Shown here: in pieces, positions 17,658-25,930 of the stretch
Position numbering within the stretch: position 1 is the first letter of the stretch
How the letters are laid out: each line of letters begins with the position of its first letter
Source of the DNA: Synechococcus sp. A15-28
GTDB lineage: Bacteria > Cyanobacteriota > Cyanobacteriia > PCC-6307 > Cyanobiaceae
Direction of reading: 5' to 3'
Assembly: GCF_014280175.1 (NCBI RefSeq)
Contig: NZ_CP047931.1
Span: forward strand, 1,650,001 to 1,682,000
Length of the DNA: 32,000 bases
The notes under the pieces: model-generated
What the model was told of the DNA's origin: nothing
What the model saw: the letters and a program-made list of their open reading frames with translations, nothing else
Databases searched by the model: none
Made by a program: the position numbers and the translations under genes

Positions 17658-18386
17658 ATGCCGGAGCAGTCCACGCAGAGACGTCGCGTTCTGGTCATCG
17701 ATGATGAGCCGAGGCTGACCGAGCTGCTCAGCCTCGAACTCGATGTCGAGGGCTACGACGTTGACATCGCTTCCGATGGGGCGGCGGGCCTGATCCGCAG
17801 TCGCAGCGAACCCACACCGGATCTGATCATCCTTGACTGGAATCTCCCTGACTTCAACGGCATCGATATCTGCCAGAGGATCAGGGCTGGGGGCATCTGC
17901 ACCCCAATCCTGATGCTCACCGGCCATGACGAGGTCAGTGACCGTGTCACAGCACTGGATGCAGGGGTTGACGACTATTTGATCAAGCCATTCTCCATTG
18001 ATTAGCTGATGGCACGGCTACGGGCCATGCAGCGGCGTGCAGAGGCATTTTCCGGAGGTGGTGAATCCGGTCAAGACATCGTGCAGCTGACGGTGGCCGA
18101 CCTGTCCATGGACATCAGAACCCGAGATGTCAAACGGGCCGGCCGGTCAATACAGTTGTCCGTGAAGGAATACGACCTTCTCAACTTCCTGATGCGTGGT
18201 GCGGGACGAGTGCTCGAACGGCAGGAGATCATGCGCGGGGTTTGGGGTGAGAACTTCTTTGGAGACGACAACCTGCTGGATGTCTACATCCGCTACCTGC
18301 GTCAGAAAATCGAATCTAAAGATGCTCCTACGTTGATCCACACGGTGCGCGGCGTGGGCTTCATCCTGCGGGAGGAATCGGAATGA
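17658..18386 (+). pseudogene. OmpR/PhoB-family response regulator interrupted by one in-frame TAG (18003-18005) at the receiver/effector linker. Either a pseudogene or a naturally split regulator
   Basis: Track ORFs 17655..18005 and 18009..18386 are in the same frame (18009-17655=354). The read-through sequence is ...YLIKPFSID*LMARLRAMQRR..., where family members have Glu (GAG), so one G->T change explains it. All receiver residues (VIDDEP, ILDWNLP, LMLTGH, LIKP) and the winged-helix region (LSVKEYDLLNFL...VRGVGFIL) look intact. Confidence 0.85.
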
Positions 18387-18390
18387 CCAC

Positions 18391-19293
18391 TCAGGCTCTC
18401 TGGAGACTGCGCAACAGCGCAGCCATCAACTCGGCCACGGGATCGGCAGGACGCTCTGCGGATGGGCCAAGGTCGAACTCTGCGGGGTTAACGGCCTGCC
18501 AACTCCCATTCTTGGGGAGGCGCAGCTCGAAGTGAAGATGGGGGCCGGTGCTGCGTCCTGTGCTGCCGACGCGACCGATCACGTCACCTTGGCGCACCGT
18601 CTGCCCGGCTCTGACGTACAGCTCCGAGAGATGTCCGTAAAGCGTGCGGCGTTTGGGAGCACTGTGCTCCAGCTCGACGGCGATGCCGTAGCCACCGGCC
18701 AGACCACTGCTCACCACACGACCGGAAAGCGCTGCCACCACAGGTGTGCCATTGGGCGCAGCGAAATCCTTGCCCGTATGCATCATCCAGTCGCCGAGGA
18801 TCGGATGGAGCCTCCAGCCGAAGCCACTCGTGGTGATGGCCTGGCCGATCACGGGAAACAGCAGCCTTGTATCTCCGTTTCCAGGACGAGGGGACGGTCG
18901 CGGCGTGACCGCAAAGAATGAATCCACACTGAAGCTGGACTCACCCCCCGCCAGGAGGGGATCGACAGGAACCGCCTTGGGCGTGCGAGACGACGCTGGA
19001 GCTCGGCGGGATCGAGGAAGGGAACGCACAGCCACTCCCGCTGCACACTCCTGACGGGACAGCGCACCATCGCGACAGGCGCGTTGATGACGGGAGACAT
19101 CGATTGGGGACTGCGGTTGTCCCGCTTTAAGCACCCGTCGTTCCTGTGGTGTGATCACCCGAGAACGCTCAAGCTGCTCGAGGGACTGATCAAAACGCAT
19201 TGGGGGCTTTGCCCCTCTGATCTGAGAGGGATCTGGTTTGAGAGGGGCTGCTGGAATGCTCAGCATCCAAAACAGCGTCCACCAGCGGATCAC
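18391..19293 (-). CDS. M23 (LytM-type) metallopeptidase, secreted
   Basis: HTGKDFAAPNGTPVVA...GYGIAVELEH...GSTGRSTGPHLHFEL covers the HxxxD and HxH motifs. Hydrophobic N-terminus. GTG start at 19293 or ATG at 19266. Confidence 0.9.
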   Translation of the reverse strand: MIRWWTLFWMLSIPAAPLKPDPSQIRGAKPPMRFDQSLEQLERSRVITPQERRVLKAGQPQSPIDVSRHQRACRDGALSRQECAAGVAVRSLPRSRRAPASSRTPKAVPVDPLLAGGESSFSVDSFFAVTPRPSPRPGNGDTRLLFPVIGQAITTSGFGWRLHPILGDWMMHTGKDFAAPNGTPVVAALSGRVVSSGLAGGYGIAVELEHSAPKRRTLYGHLSELYVRAGQTVRQGDVIGRVGSTGRSTGPHLHFELRLPKNGSWQAVNPAEFDLGPSAERPADPVAELMAALLRSLQRA

Positions 19294-19340
19294 AACCAGC
19301 CACGACTTGGCCTCAAAACCTTACGAGGATTCAGCTGTGG

Positions 19341-20111
19341 TCATGGCCAGCGAATCCACTCTGTTCGCTGTTGCCCGCGTCGCAGTTGCAGGCCGCCCCG
19401 GGATGACAGCCCTTCGATGGACCAGGGAGGTCCCTTGTCTGAACTGAGGATCTGATCGCTCCAAAGACGATCTTCCACCCGCTGAAGCCAGGGGGAGGAT
19501 CCAGCCACCAGATTCAGGCTGCACTCCAGCGCCAGCAGGAGTTCAGCGGCCCAGACATCCACGGAAGCTTCGGCTGGGGGCACCCATTCACGCAGGGCAA
19601 TCGCGCCAGTGGGAACCGCGTTGCTGACGTTCAACCCGATGCCACAACGCACCAACCTCAGCTGCGTTCCACGGTGAACCAGCCGCGGCAGCACCCCCGC
19701 CAGTTTGCGCCCCTCCACCAGCAGATCATTGGGCCATTTGATTCGTACCGGCACGCCGTGCCTCTCCAACCTTTGGGCGAGCTCCAGGGCCAGGGCAAGG
19801 CCGAACAGCCCGGCCGCAGGAACGGACTGCCCCGACCAGGGCATGGCGGCACTCAGCCAGACCCCACCGCTGGGCGACTGCCAGTGGCGACCGCGCTGAC
19901 CGACGCCTCGCCGCTGCCGGCGGGCCAACACCGCCCGTGGCCGCATCAGATCCGGGGAATCCCGAAGCCATTCAGCCAGGCTGATCTCGGTGCTGCTGCA
20001 CACCGGCAGCCAGCGGAGATCCCAGATCCCCGCACGCTCCCTCCGGAATCTGCTTCGGTGCAACGCCAGCTGACGCCCCCCCCGACGGTGCGGTCGAGCC
20101 GTCCAGGTCAT
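19341..20111 (-). CDS. birA: Biotin--[acetyl-CoA-carboxylase] ligase
   Basis: The track start is TTG 20117. ATG 20111 forms an ATGA overlap with the aminotransferase stop. Motifs RRGVGQRGRHWQSPSGGVWLS (the GRGRxGRxW type) and KWPNDL. Confidence 0.9.
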   Translation of the reverse strand: MTWTARPHRRGGRQLALHRSRFRRERAGIWDLRWLPVCSSTEISLAEWLRDSPDLMRPRAVLARRQRRGVGQRGRHWQSPSGGVWLSAAMPWSGQSVPAAGLFGLALALELAQRLERHGVPVRIKWPNDLLVEGRKLAGVLPRLVHRGTQLRLVRCGIGLNVSNAVPTGAIALREWVPPAEASVDVWAAELLLALECSLNLVAGSSPWLQRVEDRLWSDQILSSDKGPPWSIEGLSSRGGLQLRRGQQRTEWIRWP

Positions 20112-21286
20112 GGACAAGCAGCCACCAGCCGCCGGGCGCCCTGTTCGAGTTCATCCGTGGGACGCACCAGGGCCATTCGCAACCAGCCCTGGCCCCCTGT
20201 CCCGAAACCGGAGCCCGGGGTGAGGGCGACGCCGGAGCGTTGCAGCAGATGACGGGCGTAGGTTTCATCGCCAAGCGTCTGAATCTCGTCATCAGCCGGC
20301 AATGGCAACCAGAGGTACATGGCCATTTCTGGGGTTGAACAGGACCAACCCCCGCTCCGCAGCACCGACAGAACACGATCCCGACGTTCGCGATAGACAC
20401 CGTGAAGACTTCTGGGCCAATCCGCCCAGCGGGTGAGGGCCTGGATCGCCCCCTGCTGCAATGCCAAGGACTGATTGAAGTCCACGACGCCCTTGACCTG
20501 ACGCAGGGCAGTGATCAGGGGTTCGGCTCCGATGGCGAACGCCAGGCGAAATCCCCCCAGACACCACCCCTTGGACAGAGAGAAGAATTCAATCCCCCAG
20601 TCACTCCAGCCGGGACTCCGAAGCAGTGATGGCGCCTCTCCCTCCAAGGCAAGATCCACGTAGGGATTGTCGTTGGCAATCACCAGCTGGTGACGACAGC
20701 CCCGAGCCATCGCCTGATCCAGCAGCTCCTGGTCCCCCACCCGTGCGGTCGGGTTGTGGGGATAACCAAGGACGAACAGCTTGAGCTGATCCCACAGATC
20801 AGGGCCGATGGCATCAAGATCGGGGAGCCAATCCCGTTCCCGGGATAGGGGCAAACTGCAGATCGAGGCCCCGGCCAGCACCAGCCCGCCGCGATGGGAT
20901 GGGTAGGAGGGATCAAGGAGAAGTGCCCTGTCCCCAGGATCCAGCACAGCGAGGGGGAGATGAGCCGTCCCCTCCTGGGAGCCCACCAACAGCTGAACCT
21001 GGCGCCGTGGATCAACATCCACTCCGAATCGCCGCTGGCACCAGGCCGCAACCGCCCGGTTGAACGGTGCTGTCCCCGCTTCAAGGCAGTAGGCGGAGCT
21101 GGACGGCTCTTCAACAGCGGCCGCCATCGCCTGCAGGATCTCAACCGGAGGCTGCAGATCCGTGGAGCCAAGGGAGAGATCGATCAGAGGGGGCGCGCCT
21201 GTGTTCTCTCGGTAGGCCTGCTTGGCCTGGTCGGTGCGAGCAAAAACGCCGTTACCAAGAGCCTCCAGTCGCCTAGAGGTGAGCAT
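20108..21286 (-). CDS. Class I/II PLP-dependent aminotransferase (specificity unknown)
   Basis: The track ORF starts at 21328 inside trx. ATG 21286 (MLTSRRLEALGNGVFAR) leaves a 14-nt overlap. Motifs GYPHNPT and FSLSKGWCLGGFRLAF (PLP lysine). Confidence 0.88.
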   Translation of the reverse strand: MLTSRRLEALGNGVFARTDQAKQAYRENTGAPPLIDLSLGSTDLQPPVEILQAMAAAVEEPSSSAYCLEAGTAPFNRAVAAWCQRRFGVDVDPRRQVQLLVGSQEGTAHLPLAVLDPGDRALLLDPSYPSHRGGLVLAGASICSLPLSRERDWLPDLDAIGPDLWDQLKLFVLGYPHNPTARVGDQELLDQAMARGCRHQLVIANDNPYVDLALEGEAPSLLRSPGWSDWGIEFFSLSKGWCLGGFRLAFAIGAEPLITALRQVKGVVDFNQSLALQQGAIQALTRWADWPRSLHGVYRERRDRVLSVLRSGGWSCSTPEMAMYLWLPLPADDEIQTLGDETYARHLLQRSGVALTPGSGFGTGGQGWLRMALVRPTDELEQGARRLVAACP

Positions 21287-21590
21287 CCAGGAATGCCTGC
21301 AGCTGGGGCTTGGCAATCGCCCCTTCATGGCGGGCGATCACTTCTCCATCGCGGTAGAGGATGAGGGTGGGAATGCCTTGCACCTCGTAGGCATCACGGG
21401 TCGATGGATTGCCATCGACTTCGAGCTTGCCAACCGTGAGCCGGTCGCCGTAGGTGTCCGCCGCCCAATCCATCAAGGGGGCCATCAGCCGGCATGGGCC
21501 GCACCAGGGCGCCCAGAAGTCAACGAGAACAGATCCTGGAGCCTGAAGCACATCCGAGGTGAAGCCGGCGTCCGTGAAGTCAGCGACCAA
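21273..21590 (-). CDS. trxA: Thioredoxin
   Basis: VLVDFWAPWCGPCR active site and a 105-aa length. The only in-frame start after the upstream TGA is TTG 21590. Confidence 0.92.
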   Translation of the reverse strand: MVADFTDAGFTSDVLQAPGSVLVDFWAPWCGPCRLMAPLMDWAADTYGDRLTVGKLEVDGNPSTRDAYEVQGIPTLILYRDGEVIARHEGAIAKPQLQAFLDAHL

Positions 21591-21647
21591 AGCACAAGGT
21601 CATGGCTGACCTGATCCTATGGATCGCTGGACCGGAGCAGCCGGATT

Positions 21648-22421
21648 TCAGAGTTTGTCGATGGAACGCTTCAAATCTTCGAGATCCGCATCCACCTCCT
21701 CCACCTTCACCGGCTTCACGGCCTGGGAGTCCTCGGAGGCAGGCAGAGCAACGGCCTCGGGGCCGCCCTTGAGCTGGTTGCGAAGCGCTGCGAGCTCATC
21801 ATCCACATCACTGCCCCCCTCCAGGGCGGCGAACTGGCTTTCCAGATCGGCCCCTGCCAGCTCAGCTGCGGCCTGGCCTGTGGCTTCCAGGGCCTCGACC
21901 TTTTCCTCCATGCGCTCGAATGCCGCCATCGCGGAATTCGTGCCGATGTTGCCCACGGCGCTCTGCAGCTGCTGCTGAGCCTGCGCTGCCTGGGCGCGGG
22001 CCTTGAGCATGTCCTTTTTGGTTTTGGCCTCGGCGATCTTGCCCTCGAGGGCCACAAGGCTCTTCTTCAAAGTCTCGACCTGGCCATCCTGCGACTGCAC
22101 CTGTGCCTGGAGAGAGGTGGCGGTCTCCTGGAAGGTCTTGCGACGCGTGAGAGCCTCCCGAGCCAGATCCTCCTCTCCCTTTTTCAGCGCCAACTCAGCC
22201 CGCTCGTACCAGGTTGTGGCCTGAGCTGAAGCCTGTTCGGACTGACTGCGCAGCCTCTTCTGGCTGGCGATGGCCAAAGCGACCGCCTGACGCAGTTTCA
22301 CTAGATCCGCCTGCATGTCAGCGACGGACTGATCGAGAATTTTTGACGGATCTTCCATGCTGCTCACCGCAGCGTTGGCGTTGGCACGCACAAGGCGACC
22401 CAGCCGATCGAAGAAACCCAT
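21648..22421 (-). CDS. vipp1: Vipp1/IM30 (PspA family) membrane-remodelling protein
   Basis: The track ORF starts at 22499, and ATG 22421 gives the canonical MGFFDRLGRLVRANANAAVSSMEDP. Long coiled coil plus the Vipp1-type C-terminal extension (…VDADLEDLKRSIDKL). Confidence 0.93.
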   Translation of the reverse strand: MGFFDRLGRLVRANANAAVSSMEDPSKILDQSVADMQADLVKLRQAVALAIASQKRLRSQSEQASAQATTWYERAELALKKGEEDLAREALTRRKTFQETATSLQAQVQSQDGQVETLKKSLVALEGKIAEAKTKKDMLKARAQAAQAQQQLQSAVGNIGTNSAMAAFERMEEKVEALEATGQAAAELAGADLESQFAALEGGSDVDDELAALRNQLKGGPEAVALPASEDSQAVKPVKVEEVDADLEDLKRSIDKL

Positions 22422-22486
22422 CTGGAGTGGCAAAACCAATTTGAGATTAGCGAGTGAGGCTGAAAACTCCGCCCTACGCTCAGCAC

Positions 22487-23008
22487 ATGGCCATTGCACC
22501 GGACGGACAACGGCACAGGCTCCGCGGCGTTGAACTGCTCCAGCAGGCTCCCCCCGCTCCAGCCTCGCCCTTGAGTGACTGCCTCAATCGCCTCCACCAG
22601 GACTGGCGACGCGAAGGCAGCCTTGCCGGCCTGTGGCAGGACTGGCCCTCAATCGCCGGCGAGCTTGTGGCGACGCACTGCCGCCCCTTGTTCCTCCAGC
22701 GGGGCGTGCTGACGGTGGGGGCCAGTCACCCCCAGTGGCGCCAGGCTTTGCAATACAACAAGCCCCAACTGATTCGTGCTCTCAACAGTGCCGGGCACCC
22801 GGTAAGGGATCTGCGGATTCAGCAGCATCACGCCGGAAGCACAGCCCCATTGGAGAGTGAGAAGGACATCTGGTCCCGCCATCCCAGCCGGACTGATGTC
22901 CACGGCATGGGCACCTGTCCGCAATGCCAGCGTCCGGCACCGAACGGTGAAATGCAGCTGTGGAAGTGCTGCGGTTTCTGCCATCGCCAACGACTCAGCG
23001 ACGGATGA
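22487..23008 (+). CDS. DUF721 (DciA-like) protein with C-terminal CxxC...CxxC zinc-ribbon
   Basis: WPSIAGELVATHCRPLFLQRGVLTVGASHPQWRQALQYNKPQLIRAL is the DUF721 core, and CPQCQRP...CCGFCHRQ is the ribbon. ATG 22487 is preferred over the track's GTG 22454. Confidence 0.75.
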   Translation: MAIAPDGQRHRLRGVELLQQAPPAPASPLSDCLNRLHQDWRREGSLAGLWQDWPSIAGELVATHCRPLFLQRGVLTVGASHPQWRQALQYNKPQLIRALNSAGHPVRDLRIQQHHAGSTAPLESEKDIWSRHPSRTDVHGMGTCPQCQRPAPNGEMQLWKCCGFCHRQRLSDG

Positions 23009-23009
23009 A

Positions 23010-24788
23010 TCAGAACCGCTCCGGCCGAGGCTTCCGCCAATCGGCATCGACTCCATCGGCCATCAGTTCGGCGGCGCGATCGTTCAAGCGAGTCCGCTCC
23101 ACCCGCCAGACGGTGTAGACCCCGAAACGACCCAGCGTCTCCGGCTGCAGTCCCAGCCAGTGTTTCTGGCGGATTGTGCCCTGATCGATGATCAGCAGAA
23201 CCGTCGGGGAAGTCCCCGGAGACTTCAAAGGAACCCCCCGCCAACCGCGACGCTGCTCATTCGTCAGGCGATCAGCCAGGTTCACCAACGCGCCATCCGA
23301 TCGCCCTTCGAACAGGATCACCTGACCGGCGTAGAAGTGAACCGAGGGTTTCATCGCTCCCACCATGGCCAGGGGCTCCCGGGGCCGTTGCTGATCCACA
23401 AGGGTCTGGGCAGCACGGCGAACCGGGAGCTGCCGCAGTTGATCAGCCAATTCGGCAATGGGGATCAGGGCCGCGAGATGGAAACAGAGCAGTGGCAGCT
23501 GAACCGACAGCAAACGGACGACGGCATTGCGTCGCCAGGCCACCAACCCCAGCAGAACCGCCAACGTGAACCAGCCTGCCGCGCGCCATACCAGACCACT
23601 GGCCAGCAGATCCGTAGCCAGGGTGGGCATTTCCGGGTCGTTGATCAGCGGAACCCAGAGCGGCGCACACCAGAAACCAACCGCCAGCAGGGCAAGCAGA
23701 ACCACCGTGCTGGCCCAGGCCAGGCCAAGCCAGCGATCCCTACGGCCGAGGGCGAAACAGATCAGCAACGCCGCAGCCGGTGTGGCCGGAAGCCAGTAGC
23801 TGGGGAGCTTGGTGGCCGCTGTAGTGAACAGCAGCAACACCGCCAGCAACCAGCAACCGGCGAACTGATGCAACGACTGGTCGGGGGAGGTGCGCTGTCG
23901 GGGGATGCGGGCCAGTCCCAGCAACAGGAGCGGCGAAAAGGGCATGGCCGCCACCAGCATCACAGGCCCAAAAAACCACCACGGCTGCAGATGGTCGTTG
24001 ACGACGCTGGTGAAGCGCTGAAGGTTGTGATAGCCGAAGAAGCTGTCCCAGAACGGCTGCCCCTCCACCAACAGCTCCAAGGCGTACCAGGGCAGGCTCA
24101 CCAGGGCCGTCAGAGCCAGACCGGGAAGCGGCCGCAGACGACTCCACGGCGTGGCCAGGTCACGCCTGAGGGCGCCGAACAGCAACAGGGTCAACCCTGT
24201 CAGCACCACCGCCACCGGCCCCTTGGCCAGAACCGCCAGCCCCAGCACCAGCCAGGCCGGCCACCAGCGGTGACGGTCAGGTGAAGCGAAACGCCGCCAC
24301 TGCAACAGCAGACTGATGGCGAGCAATCCGCATAACAAGGCGTCACTGACGGCCGTGCGGCTCCACACCAACACCAGAGGTGAGAGGCCGAAACACAGGG
24401 CTGCGGTGACTGCAGCAGCAGCTGGCTGCCGGGTCCCCCCCTGAGGCCAACGCAACAGGGTGTCGGCCAAGACCAGCATCACCGCCAGGCTGGAGAGGGC
24501 CGAAGGCAACCGCGCCGCCCAGCTGCCGAGGGGATCCCAGAGCGCCTGTCCCGGCAGGCTGTAGCCCAGAGCCATCAGCCAGTACACCAGTGGCGGTTTG
24601 TCGAAACGCGGCAGACCGTTCACCCGAGGGGTCAGCCAGTCGCCGGTTTGCGTCATGGCACGCCCAGCTGCGGCGAACAGGGGCGGAGTTTCGTCCACCA
24701 CTCCAGTGGCACCAACTCTCCAGAGGGTGATCAGGACCCCGAGGGCCAGCACCAAGGCCATCACCCCCAGATGCCGGCGGCCGGACAT
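23010..24788 (-). CDS. ArnT/PMT-like GT-C glycosyltransferase (GT83-type, polyprenyl-phosphate-sugar dependent)
   Basis: N-terminal motif DETPPLFAAAGRAMTQTGDWLTPRVNGLPRFDKPPLVYWL, about 11-12 TM helices, then a soluble tail of roughly 170 aa. ATG 24788 (the track start is TTG 24797). Confidence 0.85.
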   Translation of the reverse strand: MSGRRHLGVMALVLALGVLITLWRVGATGVVDETPPLFAAAGRAMTQTGDWLTPRVNGLPRFDKPPLVYWLMALGYSLPGQALWDPLGSWAARLPSALSSLAVMLVLADTLLRWPQGGTRQPAAAAVTAALCFGLSPLVLVWSRTAVSDALLCGLLAISLLLQWRRFASPDRHRWWPAWLVLGLAVLAKGPVAVVLTGLTLLLFGALRRDLATPWSRLRPLPGLALTALVSLPWYALELLVEGQPFWDSFFGYHNLQRFTSVVNDHLQPWWFFGPVMLVAAMPFSPLLLLGLARIPRQRTSPDQSLHQFAGCWLLAVLLLFTTAATKLPSYWLPATPAAALLICFALGRRDRWLGLAWASTVVLLALLAVGFWCAPLWVPLINDPEMPTLATDLLASGLVWRAAGWFTLAVLLGLVAWRRNAVVRLLSVQLPLLCFHLAALIPIAELADQLRQLPVRRAAQTLVDQQRPREPLAMVGAMKPSVHFYAGQVILFEGRSDGALVNLADRLTNEQRRGWRGVPLKSPGTSPTVLLIIDQGTIRQKHWLGLQPETLGRFGVYTVWRVERTRLNDRAAELMADGVDADWRKPRPERF

Positions 24789-24805
24789 CACCACCAAGCA
24801 GCACC

Positions 24806-25930
24806 TCAGGACAACCCGTCGACTTTGACATCCGCCGCTGAGGACGATGACGGACGTCCCTGCAGGATCCAGTCTTCGACGCGATGGGCAAAGACGGCCT
24901 GGGTGGCATTTCTCTCCACCCAGGCGCGGCAGGCGGCACGATCCAGCTCCGGAAGTCGCTTCAGAGCATTGGTCAGTGCCGAGATGTCATCAGGTTCGAC
25001 GAGGAAACCCGTCTGTCCCGACTGCACCAGTTCGCCAGGACCTCCGCGGTCGTAGGCCACCACCGGCACCCCACAGGCCAGAGCCTCCACCACGACATTG
25101 CCGTAGGCCTCATTCCATTTGGGCGTGTTGATCAGGGCCCGGCATCGCCCCAGCTCCTCCTGCAGATCAGCAGTGGGCAGGAAGCCTCGCCACTTCAGGG
25201 TGCCGGATGGCACCGAAGCCTCCACGGCCTCCGCGTAGGCCGGGTCCTCCCTCAATCCCCACACCAACAGCTGCTCCCCCAGAGCTGCCGCTGCCGCGGC
25301 GGCATCCTCCAGCCCTTTCTCCGGAGCCACGCGGCCAGCCCAGCCCAGGGGGCCGGAAGCCTCATGGCGAAATCGGTACCGGGACAGATCAAAGCCGTTG
25401 CCCACCACCCGCGGCGGGTGGGGGAGCCGAAAGTCCGCCGCCTGCCGTGCGGTGTGAAAGGCCAGTCGCTGCTGATCCCAAGACGCCAGCGCCTCGATCT
25501 GATCACGCATCACCTCCGCCACGGCCCCCATCGAGATGAGGTGATAAAGCTGAGCAGGAACGTGAGGGGTGATCCACAGCGGCAACCAGTCGTAGCCGAA
25601 ATTGATCACGGCATCGGCCCTCGCACCGACCTGGAGAGCCAAATCAAGGAAACGTGGCAACAGGCCATCTCGGGGGATCAACACCGGGGATTCCCCCTCC
25701 AGGTGCTGCCAGCTGGGCTGGTCCTCACCTTGGACGGTCAGCAGTTCGACGGCTTCGCATCCCTGGGGCAACCGCGAGCCCTCTGCTGCGATCAGGCGAA
25801 CCCGGTGGCCGCGGTCCACAAGCCCCTTGAGCAGGGAGCTCAGGGTGAGTTCAACGCCACCACCCTTGCCGCTGCCGAGCACACCGATGGGGGTGCTGAC
25901 CAGGATTAGATCAAGGGGGCGAGAGGTCAT
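24806..25930 (-). CDS. GT-B fold glycosyltransferase, family GT4-like
   Basis: ATG 25930 (MTSRPLDLILVSTPIGVLGSGKGGGVELT) forms an ATGA overlap with the upstream stop. The track ORF extends to 26185 inside the DMT gene. C-terminal EX7E-type region TPKWNEAYGNVVVEALACGVPVVA. Confidence 0.85.
   Translation of the reverse strand: MTSRPLDLILVSTPIGVLGSGKGGGVELTLSSLLKGLVDRGHRVRLIAAEGSRLPQGCEAVELLTVQGEDQPSWQHLEGESPVLIPRDGLLPRFLDLALQVGARADAVINFGYDWLPLWITPHVPAQLYHLISMGAVAEVMRDQIEALASWDQQRLAFHTARQAADFRLPHPPRVVGNGFDLSRYRFRHEASGPLGWAGRVAPEKGLEDAAAAAAALGEQLLVWGLREDPAYAEAVEASVPSGTLKWRGFLPTADLQEELGRCRALINTPKWNEAYGNVVVEALACGVPVVAYDRGGPGELVQSGQTGFLVEPDDISALTNALKRLPELDRAACRAWVERNATQAVFAHRVEDWILQGRPSSSSAADVKVDGLS

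Noticed and set aside
15043-18386. Interpretation as a Bce-type (BceRS-BceAB) peptide-sensing module, because a MacB-type ATPase sits beside an OmpR-type two-component system
   Set aside because: There is no FtsX-domain permease. The kinase is soluble with PAS domains rather than an intramembrane-sensing kinase, and the ATPase is coupled to ndhB rather than to the regulator genes.
15700-18400. Lower GC content as evidence that the two-component cluster is a horizontally acquired island
   Set aside because: Spot counts (about 50-57% GC) are similar to the core ctaC region (my estimate, not a formal count). There are no flanking tRNA, integrase or direct repeats, so composition alone is not diagnostic.
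21591-21647. Yfr1-type sRNA, which I recalled as lying near trxA in picocyanobacteria
   Set aside because: The conserved Yfr1 motif ACTCCTCACAC (or its complement) is absent from this spacer and from the whole window by eye. This thioredoxin gene also has a different neighbourhood (vipp1).
22857-25909. 475-aa and 341-aa plus-strand ORFs antisense to the ArnT-like and GT4 genes
   Set aside because: The products are extremely Gln/Arg/Pro/Gly-rich, and the minus-strand genes have clear family motifs and membrane topology. These are shadow ORFs.
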